From Bacteroidales bacterium (GTDB taxonomy: Bacteria; Bacteroidota; Bacteroidia; Bacteroidales; FEN-979), in contig OY820914.1 in NCBI GenBank assembly GCA_963682005.1, positions 4,964,979 to 5,028,978 on the forward strand: a stretch of 64,000 nucleotides of DNA, given 5' to 3'. Position 1 is the stretch's first letter. Every line of letters starts with the position of its first letter. Below are positions 18,429 to 27,400 of this stretch, one piece after another. The notes under the pieces were generated by a model that searched no databases, was not told the DNA's origin, and worked only from the letters and a program-made list of their open reading frames with translations. The translations under genes and the position numbers were made by a program.

Positions 18429-18557
18429 ACTTTCTTTTTTAAAATGATTACTTTTTTCTATTCGGTTTTCAAAAACCAGTTCTGTCGAGGAGTATAGCGA
18501 CTGATAATTAAAAATCAAGATTGACAAAAAAACATGGAAATGTGGAATAAAATCAGA

Positions 18558-18573
18558 GTATTGTGCGACATGG
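18558..18573 (-). repeat. left copy of the TGTCGCAYAAT motif (inverted relative to the two right copies)
   Basis: GTATTGTGCGACATGG; its reverse complement CCATGTCGCACAATAC matches 19842-19854 and 19932-19945. Confidence 0.6.
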
Positions 18574-18812
18574 GGGTATTGACATTGTGGATAACTTGGT
18601 ATATACTCTTCTCATTACAATTTAATAACAGAGTCGTTGTCCCTTTAATGGGACTCTCCTTAACCGGAGCGGAACGAAACAACGGTGTCTGTGTTTAAAA
18701 GCATTCTTACTGGCATTTTAAAGTATTCGTGTTAAGATTGCTTTTGGAGGTTTTATTTAGAAACTTCCAAAAGCCATTTTATACCATTTACCGGTAAATA
18801 ATGTGCTTACAC

Positions 18813-18842
18813 AAGACCCGCAGGTTCGTTCCGGCGGGTCTT
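18813..18842 (+). promoter_or_regulatory. 9-bp perfect hairpin ending 7 nt before the recombinase ATG
   Basis: AAGACCCGC (18813-18821) / GCGGGTCTT (18834-18842) with a 12-nt loop. Confidence 0.45.
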
Positions 18843-18849
18843 ATGTATT

Positions 18850-19728
18850 ATGAAAGAAAAAATAAAAAAGTATTTAGAGTGGAAGGGGACTTATGCCCCA
18901 CGTGCCAGTGAAAATTATAAGATCTGGTTGGATAGATTTATTGAAATATGCGGTGACAAGCCCATACAAAAATATCAGATCGGGGACTACGTGAAATATC
19001 AGAGTTGGATAGAATCTCATTTTAGCTCATATTGCGTGCAATATTCGACTGTCATTATCAAAAACTTCTTCAAATTCTACCGTGATCAGAATATTAAATG
19101 TATGTCGCCATCGTTTATAAAAATTCCTCGTGCTCACAGGAATTCACACCGGGCTATTAATGAGGAAGAGTATAGAAAAACAATATCAGGAATACCAAGT
19201 AATAACTTTCGCTCATTGCGGGACCTTTTAATAATCCGTTTTCTTTGGGATACCGGTGTGCGTGTCTCGGAACTTTGCGATCTAAACATCTCTCAGATAA
19301 ATGAGAACAGTAGCTCTTGTGCTATCTATACTAAAAAGAACGGAAACCCGCGTATTATTGTTTGGTCCGAAGAAACACACAGGTATCTGATAAAATACCT
19401 TTCCATTCGCCTTGAATTGGACAAGGTACATCATTCCTCCGCTCTTTTTCCCGGCTTAGGTATAGATCATTGTTGGAAAGGAAGGATAACATCCCGAAGT
19501 GTACAGAGAATTATAAAAATAAATGTCAGTAACGCAGGCATAAAAGAAAAAATCACCCCTCACAGTTTTCGTCATGGATGGGCACATATGCGAAGGGACC
19601 AAAACGCACCCCTGGCCTTCATTCAGAGGGGACTAGGGCACGTCAGCCCAACATCGACCTTTATTTATGAGCAGTATAACGATAATGAATTTGTAAAAAA
19701 TGCCAATGTCTATTTTAGCCCAGCTTAG
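18850..19728 (+). CDS. small tyrosine recombinase (XerC/D-like, 292 aa)
   Basis: DTGVRVSEL (Arg), HSFRHGWA (HxxR), LGHVSPTSTFIY (His/Tyr). Confidence 0.85.
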   Translation: MKEKIKKYLEWKGTYAPRASENYKIWLDRFIEICGDKPIQKYQIGDYVKYQSWIESHFSSYCVQYSTVIIKNFFKFYRDQNIKCMSPSFIKIPRAHRNSHRAINEEEYRKTISGIPSNNFRSLRDLLIIRFLWDTGVRVSELCDLNISQINENSSSCAIYTKKNGNPRIIVWSEETHRYLIKYLSIRLELDKVHHSSALFPGLGIDHCWKGRITSRSVQRIIKINVSNAGIKEKITPHSFRHGWAHMRRDQNAPLAFIQRGLGHVSPTSTFIYEQYNDNEFVKNANVYFSPA

Positions 19729-19841
19729 TGGTTTTCCACTTGCAACCGTAAATTGTCTATGCTACGCTTTTATGAGTGTTTTTTCGTTCGTTAACAACAA
19801 AGCAGAAAGTGGTGAGCAGCTTCACTTTATAGAAAACACCT

Positions 19842-19854
19842 CATGTCGCATAAT
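19842..19854 (+). repeat. right copy 1 of the TGTCGCAYAAT motif
   Basis: CATGTCGCATAAT, 114 nt after the recombinase stop. Confidence 0.6.
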
Positions 19855-19931
19855 GTTTGTTGGAAAGACAGGGAAGGGTATGTTAAAACGGCCTTAATTC
19901 ACAAGATTTTATCTTGTGCTTGAAGTATTTA

Positions 19932-19945
19932 GTGTCGCACAATAT
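19932..19945 (+). repeat. right copy 2 of the TGTCGCAYAAT motif
   Basis: GTGTCGCACAATAT. Confidence 0.6.
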
Positions 19946-20034
19946 ATCCTGTAAGGAACTCACAATTTTACCTTGTAAAACAAGGATATTTTCTCAATCA
20001 ACAAACAACATTTTCTTAATCTAAGCAACTTGTA

Positions 20035-20227
20035 CACAGTGGTCTGTGGAATTGCCAGGTCATTTTGAATTGATATTCAATCTACCGGCAAAATCAGTCT
20101 TGCCCTAGACAAGGGCCTTTCAACCTCTCTCGAAACGGAACGAACAGGACTGAAAAGAGAATTTCTGAATGGTACAAACATAGAAGTACCAGGGATTCCA
20201 TAGACCGCTGCGTGTAGGTTTACGCAG
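20035..20227 (+). other. candidate structured RNA / leader upstream of the 67-aa ORF and rep-like gene
   Basis: Long-range helix 20035-20052 / 20195-20214 (15 of 16 positions pair, 2 of them G-U on the plus strand) encloses hairpins at 20065-20080 and 20170-20191. An alternative hairpin at 20208-20227 overlaps the right arm. Confidence 0.3.
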
Positions 20228-20264
20228 TAAAAGGTCAATATTATTAATAATTAAGAAAAATAAC

Positions 20265-20468
20265 ATGAGACTATTTGATATATGCACCAGAAAGTTTTAT
20301 GAAAAAGAAGGTGAGAAAAAAGTGAAGTGGTATCGGGCAGGCATAATGAAAGAAACGGATCAGGGAACGAGATTCCTTCGTCTTTTTCACCAGCCGGAAA
20401 CCGACTTTTTCGTTTATGAAAAGGTGGAGCCGGAGAAAAAAGAGGAAGATAGGGTAATAAAATATTAA
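20265..20468 (+). CDS. hypothetical protein (67 aa)
   Basis: ORF only; 18 nt upstream of the rep-like gene start. Confidence 0.35.
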   Translation: MRLFDICTRKFYEKEGEKKVKWYRAGIMKETDQGTRFLRLFHQPETDFFVYEKVEPEKKEEDRVIKY

Positions 20469-20486
20469 AAGTCATTTTTGAATTTT

Positions 20487-20553
20487 ATGAGTCAACCACG
20501 CACCACGCCTGTTCCCAATATCATTTTTGATAGACACATGAAGGATCTTAATC
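20487..20553 (+). pseudogene. 5' fragment of the rep-like winged-helix gene, cut by IS66 insertion
   Basis: MSQPRTTPVPNIIFDRHMKDLN| joins in frame to |LAELKVLLVVIRQTLGW at 22833 once the IS and one TSD copy are removed. Confidence 0.8.
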
Positions 20554-20621
20554 GTAAGCCTTCGGCCACGAGCATCTTGTGTAGTTGATCGATCCTGACC
20601 AACTTGCTGCCAAAAACTTTT

Positions 20622-20903
20622 ATGACTCTTCATGATAAGCGTTCACAGATGATCACGATGGTTGATCTGTGGCAGCAAAGTGGTCTTAGCCAGGCAGAAT
20701 TTTCCCGGGCACAGAATGTCAAACTAGCGACCTTACGTTATTGGATCCATAAGCACCGACATGGCGATACAACCGGCTCAGGGTTTATACAACTGACCGG
20801 GATAACATCACCGGGCATCAGTATTCGTTATCCCAACGGTGTTGAACTGCTTCTACCCGTTCAGGCGCCGGCCGGGTATATAAAAATGCTGATCAGCCTT
20901 TAG
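20622..20903 (+). CDS. tnpA: IS66 accessory protein TnpA (orf1)
   Basis: HTH-like LSQAEFSRAQNVKLATLRYWI; first gene of the IS66 triad. Confidence 0.75.
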   Translation: MTLHDKRSQMITMVDLWQQSGLSQAEFSRAQNVKLATLRYWIHKHRHGDTTGSGFIQLTGITSPGISIRYPNGVELLLPVQAPAGYIKMLISL

Positions 20904-20908
20904 GTCGG

Positions 20909-21277
20909 ATGTTTTCCCTTGGCGCTGCCCGATATTACCTGTACCGGGAACCAACCGATATCCGCAGGAGTTTTGACGGTCTGTGCGGTCTGGTCACAGA
21001 ACGGTTGGGTCAGAATCCCATGAGCGGGGATGTGTTCATCTTCATCAACAAGCCACGTAACCGGATGAAATTGCTCAAATGGGAACCGGGAGGGTTCGTG
21101 CTGTTCTATAAGCGACTTGAACGAGGCACCTTTGAAATTCCCAGTACATCTTTTCAAGGGCTTTCCCATCAGATCGGCTATGGGGAACTGACCATGATGG
21201 TCACTGGTATATCAATGAAATATACAAAAAAAAGAAGGCGTTTTTTGTCACAAAATGATGTTGATAAATATCGCTGA
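20909..21277 (+). CDS. tnpB: IS66 accessory protein TnpB (orf2)
   Basis: YLYREPTDIRRSFDGLCGLV..DVFIFINKPRNRMKLLKWE matches the IS66 Orf2 signature. Confidence 0.85.
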   Translation: MFSLGAARYYLYREPTDIRRSFDGLCGLVTERLGQNPMSGDVFIFINKPRNRMKLLKWEPGGFVLFYKRLERGTFEIPSTSFQGLSHQIGYGELTMMVTGISMKYTKKRRRFLSQNDVDKYR

Positions 21278-21318
21278 AATAGTGATTTAGCAAGAGTTTT
21301 TCATGATAAATTTGAATC

Positions 21319-22779
21319 ATGGAAAGCACAGAAATGGTCACCATCAGTAAAGCAGATTTTGAGGCTCTCAAATCAGAAAATGCCTGGCTCAAACATCAGC
21401 TTTCCGAACTGAAACGTCTGATCTACGGAGCCAAAAGTGAGCGTTTCATTGCCGTCAATCCGGATCAGGCTACCTTGTTCGATCTCCCAGCAGAACAACC
21501 ATCAGAAACGCCCACAGAAGAAATCACCTATACACGCAACAAACCACAACAGGAGAAAAAGCAGCCACTTCGTCTGGAACTGCCTGCTCACCTGGAACGT
21601 CGGGAAGAAATAATCGAGCCGGAAAACCTTCCTGCCAATGCAAAGAAGATTGGTGAAACTGTTACCGAAATTTTGGAATATGAACCGGCCAGCGCTTATG
21701 TTCGTCGCATTGTCCGTCGCAAGTACATTGTGGAGCAGACCGATGAAGAGACCCGCATCGTCATTGCACCGTTACCTACCTTGCCAATACCCAAAGGCAA
21801 TGCCGGAGCCAGCATGATCGCCCATCTTCTGGTGAGCAAATTTGTCGATCATCTTCCGTTCTACCGCCAGGTCCAGATGTTCAAACGCCAGAGGCTCGAA
21901 ATCGCCGAATCGACCATTAACGGTTGGTTCAATGGAGGGTGTGATTTGATAGAGCCGCTATACCAGGCACTGAAGTCAAGAATGTTGGCATCTGATTATC
22001 TCATGGCCGATGAAACCCCGATCCCAGTGCAGACCAAGGACAAGCCCGGGGCCACACACAAAGGTTTTCACTGGGTCTATTACGATCCCGGCAACAAATT
22101 GGTGCTGTTCGATTACCGGAAAACCCGGGGGAAAGAAGGACCCGATGAACTGCTGAAGAACTACGCCGGGTATCTGCAAACCGATGGCTATACTGCCTAC
22201 AACCACCTTGAAAACACAAACAACATCACTCTTCTGGCCTGTATGGCGCATGCCCGGCGCAAGTTCGAGCATGCACAGGAGAATAATCCCACGCTAGCCG
22301 CCCAGGCATTGAAAATGTTCCAGGCCTTGTATGACATTGAACAGGACATCCGGGAAAAAGAACTGGGACCCGACGTCACCCAAATACTGCGTCAGGAAAA
22401 ATCAAAACCTACTCTCGATCGGATGGAAGCCTGGCTTAAGGAACAGATTATTGTCGTACCCCCAAAAAGCGCTATCGGAGTGGCCATTGCATACACGCTC
22501 AATCTCTGGCCTCGGCTGACCCGGTATATCGATGACGGACGCTTCCACATCGACAATAACCTAATCGAAAACAGCATCCGGCCGGTGGCGCTTGGACGCA
22601 AGAACTACCTCTTTGCCGGTTCCCATGAAGCCGCCCAACAAGCAGCTGTGATCTACTCCATCCTGGCTACATGCAAGCTACACCAGGTGGAACCCTTCGC
22701 CTATCTCACCAAAATCTTGTCCATCATCCCCGACTTCCCGGCCAATCAACTGCACACACTTCTGCCAGGGCAAAAATAG
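21319..22779 (+). CDS. tnpC: IS66-family DDE transposase TnpC
   Basis: N-terminal leucine-zipper-like region and YLMADETPIPV, YLQTDGYTAY, NNLIENSIRPVALGRKNYLFAGS motifs. Confidence 0.9.
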   Translation: MESTEMVTISKADFEALKSENAWLKHQLSELKRLIYGAKSERFIAVNPDQATLFDLPAEQPSETPTEEITYTRNKPQQEKKQPLRLELPAHLERREEIIEPENLPANAKKIGETVTEILEYEPASAYVRRIVRRKYIVEQTDEETRIVIAPLPTLPIPKGNAGASMIAHLLVSKFVDHLPFYRQVQMFKRQRLEIAESTINGWFNGGCDLIEPLYQALKSRMLASDYLMADETPIPVQTKDKPGATHKGFHWVYYDPGNKLVLFDYRKTRGKEGPDELLKNYAGYLQTDGYTAYNHLENTNNITLLACMAHARRKFEHAQENNPTLAAQALKMFQALYDIEQDIREKELGPDVTQILRQEKSKPTLDRMEAWLKEQIIVVPPKSAIGVAIAYTLNLWPRLTRYIDDGRFHIDNNLIENSIRPVALGRKNYLFAGSHEAAQQAAVIYSILATCKLHQVEPFAYLTKILSIIPDFPANQLHTLLPGQK

Positions 22780-22832
22780 CAATCATATCTCGTTGGAAAA
22801 AGATGCTCGTGGCCGAAGGGTTACTCTTAATC

Positions 22833-23230
22833 TAGCAGAGCTTAAGGTTCTTCTCGTTGTCATCCGACAAACTCTTGGCTGGGCTGACAGGCGTGGAATG
22901 TATGGAAGAAAAGAAACTGATTGGATTTCTGGTAGCCAACTAAGAGAAAAAACCGGAAGCTCTGAACGAGCTATCACTTCGGCGATAGAAACACTGGTAA
23001 TGAAAAGATTAATCGAAGTTCATGATGATAGGGGACACAAACTTTTATATTCAAAGAATAGACAAGGGAAGATCCGCCTGTATTACAGTCTGCACCCTTC
23101 TGTTTTTAATACTGTGGATAACTCCCTGAAAAGCCCTCTAACTTCTGCAAATTTTGCGGAGGACTTCCGCAAAAATTACGGAACACTTCTGCAAAAAATG
23201 CGGATAACAAAAGAAACTCTACAAAACTAA
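22833..23230 (+). pseudogene. 3' fragment of the rep-like winged-helix gene
   Basis: Continues the 20487 reading frame. The ATG of the tracked 22793 ORF lies just upstream of, and its first codons run through, the IS66 right IR, so it is chimeric. Confidence 0.8.
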
Positions 23231-23240
23231 CTCTTACAAA
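22941..23240 (+). repeat. direct repeat copy 1 (rep 3' end) flanking the Rhs cassette
   Basis: Aligns with 30531-30829; the last ~110 nt are nearly identical and the upstream part is more diverged. Confidence 0.8.
23143..23204 (+). repeat. three 18-bp imperfect palindromes TTCYGCAAAWWWTRCGGA at exact 22-bp spacing (iteron/operator-like)
   Basis: Starts at 23143, 23165 and 23187; the same triplet is conserved in copy 2 at ~30731-30794. Confidence 0.6.
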
Positions 23241-23334
23241 GAGGAAGGAGATTAAGTTTATTCAAGACATTAAATCCTATTACTAATCCCAAAAGAGGTT
23301 CTTTCCAACGTTCTGAATTCATATTTTTATTGTT

Positions 23335-23577
23335 TTACGAACTTAGAAATTTAATAGCGACAATAATCATTATTGCTCCAAATGCGATACCAAAACTTGA
23401 AATAGTTCTAAGCATAGGATTTTTTATAGAACGACTTGTGATCAATAATGATGATTCCTCTTTAATTTTCTTATCAATTTTCCAATGCAAGTAAGCAGAC
23501 AACGAAACTATTATTAAACCTATTGCTAATCCTAAGAGAGGTTGTATATGATAAGCTATGTATCCAATCATTTTCAT
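23335..23577 (-). CDS. small 2-TM membrane protein, candidate immunity protein (80 aa)
   Basis: Paralog of the 87-aa ORF (IQPLLGLAIGLIIVSL vs WQPLSGLIIGLLLVTL); downstream of the rhs toxin. Confidence 0.55.
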   Translation of the reverse strand: MKMIGYIAYHIQPLLGLAIGLIIVSLSAYLHWKIDKKIKEESSLLITSRSIKNPMLRTISSFGIAFGAIMIIVAIKFLSS

Positions 23578-23583
23578 AAATTC

Positions 23584-23847
23584 TTATAGAACTCCTAAAT
23601 AAAGAAGTGCTAAAACAATCCATAACCCACCTATCATAGGAATGAAACTAATTAAAACATTATACAAACCATTTGCGGACTTTTCACTCATAAATTGATT
23701 TCTGAAAATATGCTTTGAAATCCATTCAACTGGTTTTTTTCTCCAACGTGTATAAAGAAAGCAAAACAGAGTTACTAATAGTAGCCCAATTATTAGACCT
23801 GATAATGGTTGCCAATATTTTATTACATATAACATAAAATTATTCAT
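23584..23847 (-). CDS. small 2-TM membrane protein, candidate immunity protein (87 aa)
   Basis: See the paralog above; 6-nt spacing. Confidence 0.55.
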   Translation of the reverse strand: MNNFMLYVIKYWQPLSGLIIGLLLVTLFCFLYTRWRKKPVEWISKHIFRNQFMSEKSANGLYNVLISFIPMIGGLWIVLALLYLGVL

Positions 23848-23874
23848 GATATTTATTTTATAATATTTTATTTA

Positions 23875-24399
23875 TCATTGCCCTAGTATTTTAGTTCTAT
23901 ACGTACCTTCAAGTATCAGCCTGGCAAGATCATCCTCAACTTTTATGTTTGGGTTTATTCTCAATATCTCTTTCATAATAGCTTGTAGATCTTTAGAATT
24001 GAAGTGACCATAAGGTATAAGATACCTCACAAAAATACCCTTGGGTTCTTTGTAGTCAAATCCAAGATAGTTAGTATATGGAGTTTTCTTTTGTTTAACC
24101 GATACAAAGTCTAATATCTCTCCTGATTTTGCACCATTGAAATAACTAATTATAGTACTATCTTTAAACTCAATACGATCATAAAGAATAGTCCAAACAT
24201 CTAACATTAATTTAACCACCCATAGAACTAAAAGAACTATCCAAAATTCTTGATTCTTTAAAGTAGTCATTATTCTGAAATTATGCATTAGCAGAAGAAG
24301 ACAAATCGACATTACAATTGCCCAGGGCAATGTACTTTTGAATACTATTTTTTTATCTACTCTAAATATTTTATCTGGCAATGTTTTTTGTGTTTTCAT
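23875..24399 (-). CDS. 2-TM membrane protein with cytosolic domain, candidate cognate immunity protein (174 aa)
   Basis: Starts 9 nt after the rhs stop; hydrophobic helices WAIVMSICLLLLM and FWIVLLVLWVVKLML. Confidence 0.55.
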   Translation of the reverse strand: MKTQKTLPDKIFRVDKKIVFKSTLPWAIVMSICLLLLMHNFRIMTTLKNQEFWIVLLVLWVVKLMLDVWTILYDRIEFKDSTIISYFNGAKSGEILDFVSVKQKKTPYTNYLGFDYKEPKGIFVRYLIPYGHFNSKDLQAIMKEILRINPNIKVEDDLARLILEGTYRTKILGQ

Positions 24400-24408
24400 A
24401 TTTAATGT

Positions 24409-27400
24409 TTATTTCTTCTTGTTAGTTCCAGAACTAATAATACTCATTGGTGCTTCTACCGTCCAGCCAATTTTGCTTAATCCATATTGTTGGGCAGCGT
24501 ATGTACCAAGGTTTAATGTACTGCCAGCAAAGCTACCAACCCATGAACCAAATCCCGAACCCAATATTGAACCAGCAACTTTTACTGGATTTACACTATG
24601 ATCCCCAGTAGCTACTTGTGTAGATAAATTAGTTGCACCAGCTATTCCCATAGCGAATTTTATGCTTATATCTGGTCCTGTCATTGCTCCACCAGCATAA
24701 CTAAGACCTACAATTTTAGCATAATCACCAAACGAAGTTTGTTTATTTTGCATTTGATCTTCCAATATCTGACTACCAACATTGAATGTTGTATTTATTG
24801 TTCCTCTAACTACGGCTTGTGAATTAAATAATGTGTTAGCTACTGTACTTGCAACACTGCTCCCTGCAATCATAGCTCCACCTACTGCAGTTGCTCCACC
24901 AACCACTCCAATGGCTGCTCCCGTGGCATATGGGTGATCCATAGCCATCTGCCAACCACCTCCCATATATTGGGCCGCTTGTCCAACTTCTCCTGAAAAA
25001 TTATTCCATGATTGTGTACCAGACAAGTATTCTCCAAACCATTTTCCACTCGGATCACTTAGTATAATCGGATTGTTTCTGGCATAACTATAACTATTTA
25101 ACTGTTGTGGATCATTTAAAAATTTATCTGGATTCCAGAACACCGGATCCTCTGAAATAAACCTCCCAGCCGTGCTTTGATGATAACGGGCGTTTAGATA
25201 GTTTAAGGAAGTGTCTGGGTCATAATGTTGACCGATGTATTGTTTCTGATTCGTGTGGCTCCCAGAGGAGATTCTTTGTGAACCAAAGGGGTAGTAATCG
25301 AGTAATTCTACTTGTCCTCCATTTGAATCTGAAACGACATTGGTTGAACCAAGATGGTCTGGGTGGATATAGTATGGAGTAACGACAGAATTAGCTGTTT
25401 CAATGGTTGACACTAATTGATTACCCGCATATATGTTCTTGGTCTTTTTGGATCCTCCATAGTTGTAATACTGATTTGGATATTCTGTTGTCAGAGTGCC
25501 ATTACTAGATAATACCCTATTACCTTGTTCGTCGTAAAGGTACTCTCGAGTAAATGTTCCGTTAGTGGTTTCAGTCAGTTGATTTTTGTAATTCCAGGTG
25601 TTGGTGAGGGTACCGTCGTCAGTATTGTTACCATTGTGATCGTAGGTGTTTGTGACACTGTTAATTGAAGTGGCAGCGTGGGGGTTAGCGTAGTTGGTGC
25701 CACTGTTTCCTGCGTAAGTATAACTTCCCACTGGACCTGAAGTGATATTTCCAATTGCGTTGTAGGTAAAATTTTGAGTGTAAGGAGTCTGACCAAATGG
25801 CACATCGGTGATAGTGGCAGAAGTCAGACGATTTAGATCGTCATAGGTATAATCGGCTGTCTTGGATCCGCTTGTGCTTGAATCATCCACGATTTCAGTA
25901 ATGTTGCCATCAGCATCATACTCGTATGTGGTCTTTTGAAGACTTGTTGGTACTTGGTTGGTCGTTGATTTGTCAGTTACTCTGTATAAATTATTTGGGT
26001 CGTATGTATTCGTAGTCGTTACTCTATTGGCATAATTTATTTCTGTTGGTTGGTCAGTCGGCGCATAATCAAAATTCGAAATAACATCGGTGAAAGATCC
26101 TCCGCTTTCTTTATATTCTATTTTTTCCAGTAACCCAGCCGAATTGTAAACATAAAGAACTTGAGCATTGTCGGGATAAGTAATTACTAGCATATTACTC
26201 TGGCGATCATGAGTGTATGAAGTGGTGTAAATATTTTTGGTGACAGTTTTTTCCTCACTTGCGACATTCCCATCTGCGTCATATGTGTAATCCGTTTCCA
26301 CTCCACTTAGCATAACCGCGGAACATAGTTTTCCTATACCGTCTGAACATGAATCATAAGTATAGATAATATCTGTGCCAGTTGTTCCTGTAGAATCTTC
26401 AGTTAGTTTTCTGTTTACATCATCATAGGTATAGTCCACCGTATCGCCGTTAGGATTTATGCTTTCCGTCAAATTACCTGAATCATCATAGGTATATGCC
26501 CATGTTCCATAAGTTGCATCATTTTGCGCATGAAGATCTTCAGCCGTTAAACGATGTCCCAAATTATCATAGGTAAAATTCCGGACATTGCCAAGCGCGT
26601 CAGTTGTATTTATTAGATTGCCATTTAGATTCCAAGTGTAGTACGTGGAGTAAGTATAAGAGCCAGTTCTTTCGTCAACTCTCACCAAATTTTTATACGC
26701 ATCGTAGTAATAATTTTTGACTTTTCCACGTGGGTCACTCACGTCAATTTCCCATGGAGTGTAAGAATAAGCGGTAACACCTGACGCGTTGGTCAATGTA
26801 TGAATACGCTGCACGGGATCATAGGCGTATGTCGTATATAATGCTGTGGTTGTAGTTGGAGAAGTCTTGGATGATCCACTCCCTGTATATGGTAAAGATT
26901 CTTTTTGTACCAAACCAAGATTATTGTAAACAGTGTCTTTGACATTAAAGTTGCCAGAAGTTTCTGCCTCTTTTCTCTCTTGAATTAAACGTCCAAGCCC
27001 ATCAAAATATTGATAAGTATTAGCTGTGGTTGAAGAATTAAGATAGTTAACTTTTTGTACAGAGACTGCATTTGAAGTATCTGTATAGACATAAGCAGTT
27101 TTAGCGTCCAAAGTTGAAGGTGATGTTAGATCAGGAATTTTTTCGGTTAGCACTCGTCCAAGCCCATCGTAAGTTGTCTCTTTCGTTAACCCATTTGGAT
27201 CAGTAGTATCTATCACTTTGCCAGTTGAATAGTCATAGGTATATTCTGTGCTATTTGAAAGGGGATCGGTTATTGTGGTTGGGTAAAGGTGATATGTATC
27301 GTAAGAATAGGATGTTGTTTTTCCTCGTTCGTCAGTGGAAGTAATGGGAATACCATAGGTTGTATAGTATGATTTTTGAGTATTAACATTACGTGTCACA

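Larger units (their letters stand above)
20554..22824 (+). mobile_element. IS66-family insertion sequence (2271 bp)
   Basis: 25-bp terminal IRs GTAAGCCTTCGGCCACGAGCATCTT (20554-20578) and 22800-22824 (24/25 match). 8-bp TSD TCTTAATC at 20546-20553 and 22825-22832. Three-ORF tnpA/tnpB/tnpC organisation. Confidence 0.92.

Noticed and set aside
18429-18527. N-terminal extension of the RadC-like ORF
   Set aside because: The tracked start is not an ATG, and the extension lacks similarity to RadC N-termini. The ATG at 18428 is preferred.
21976-22601. Several minus-strand ORFs inside the IS66 transposase gene
   Set aside because: They are antisense shadow ORFs in GC-richer DNA.
22793-22832. ATG start of the tracked 145-aa ORF
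   Set aside because: These first 40 nt are IS66 end sequence (mostly the right IR) plus the TSD copy. The true gene starts at 20487 and is interrupted.
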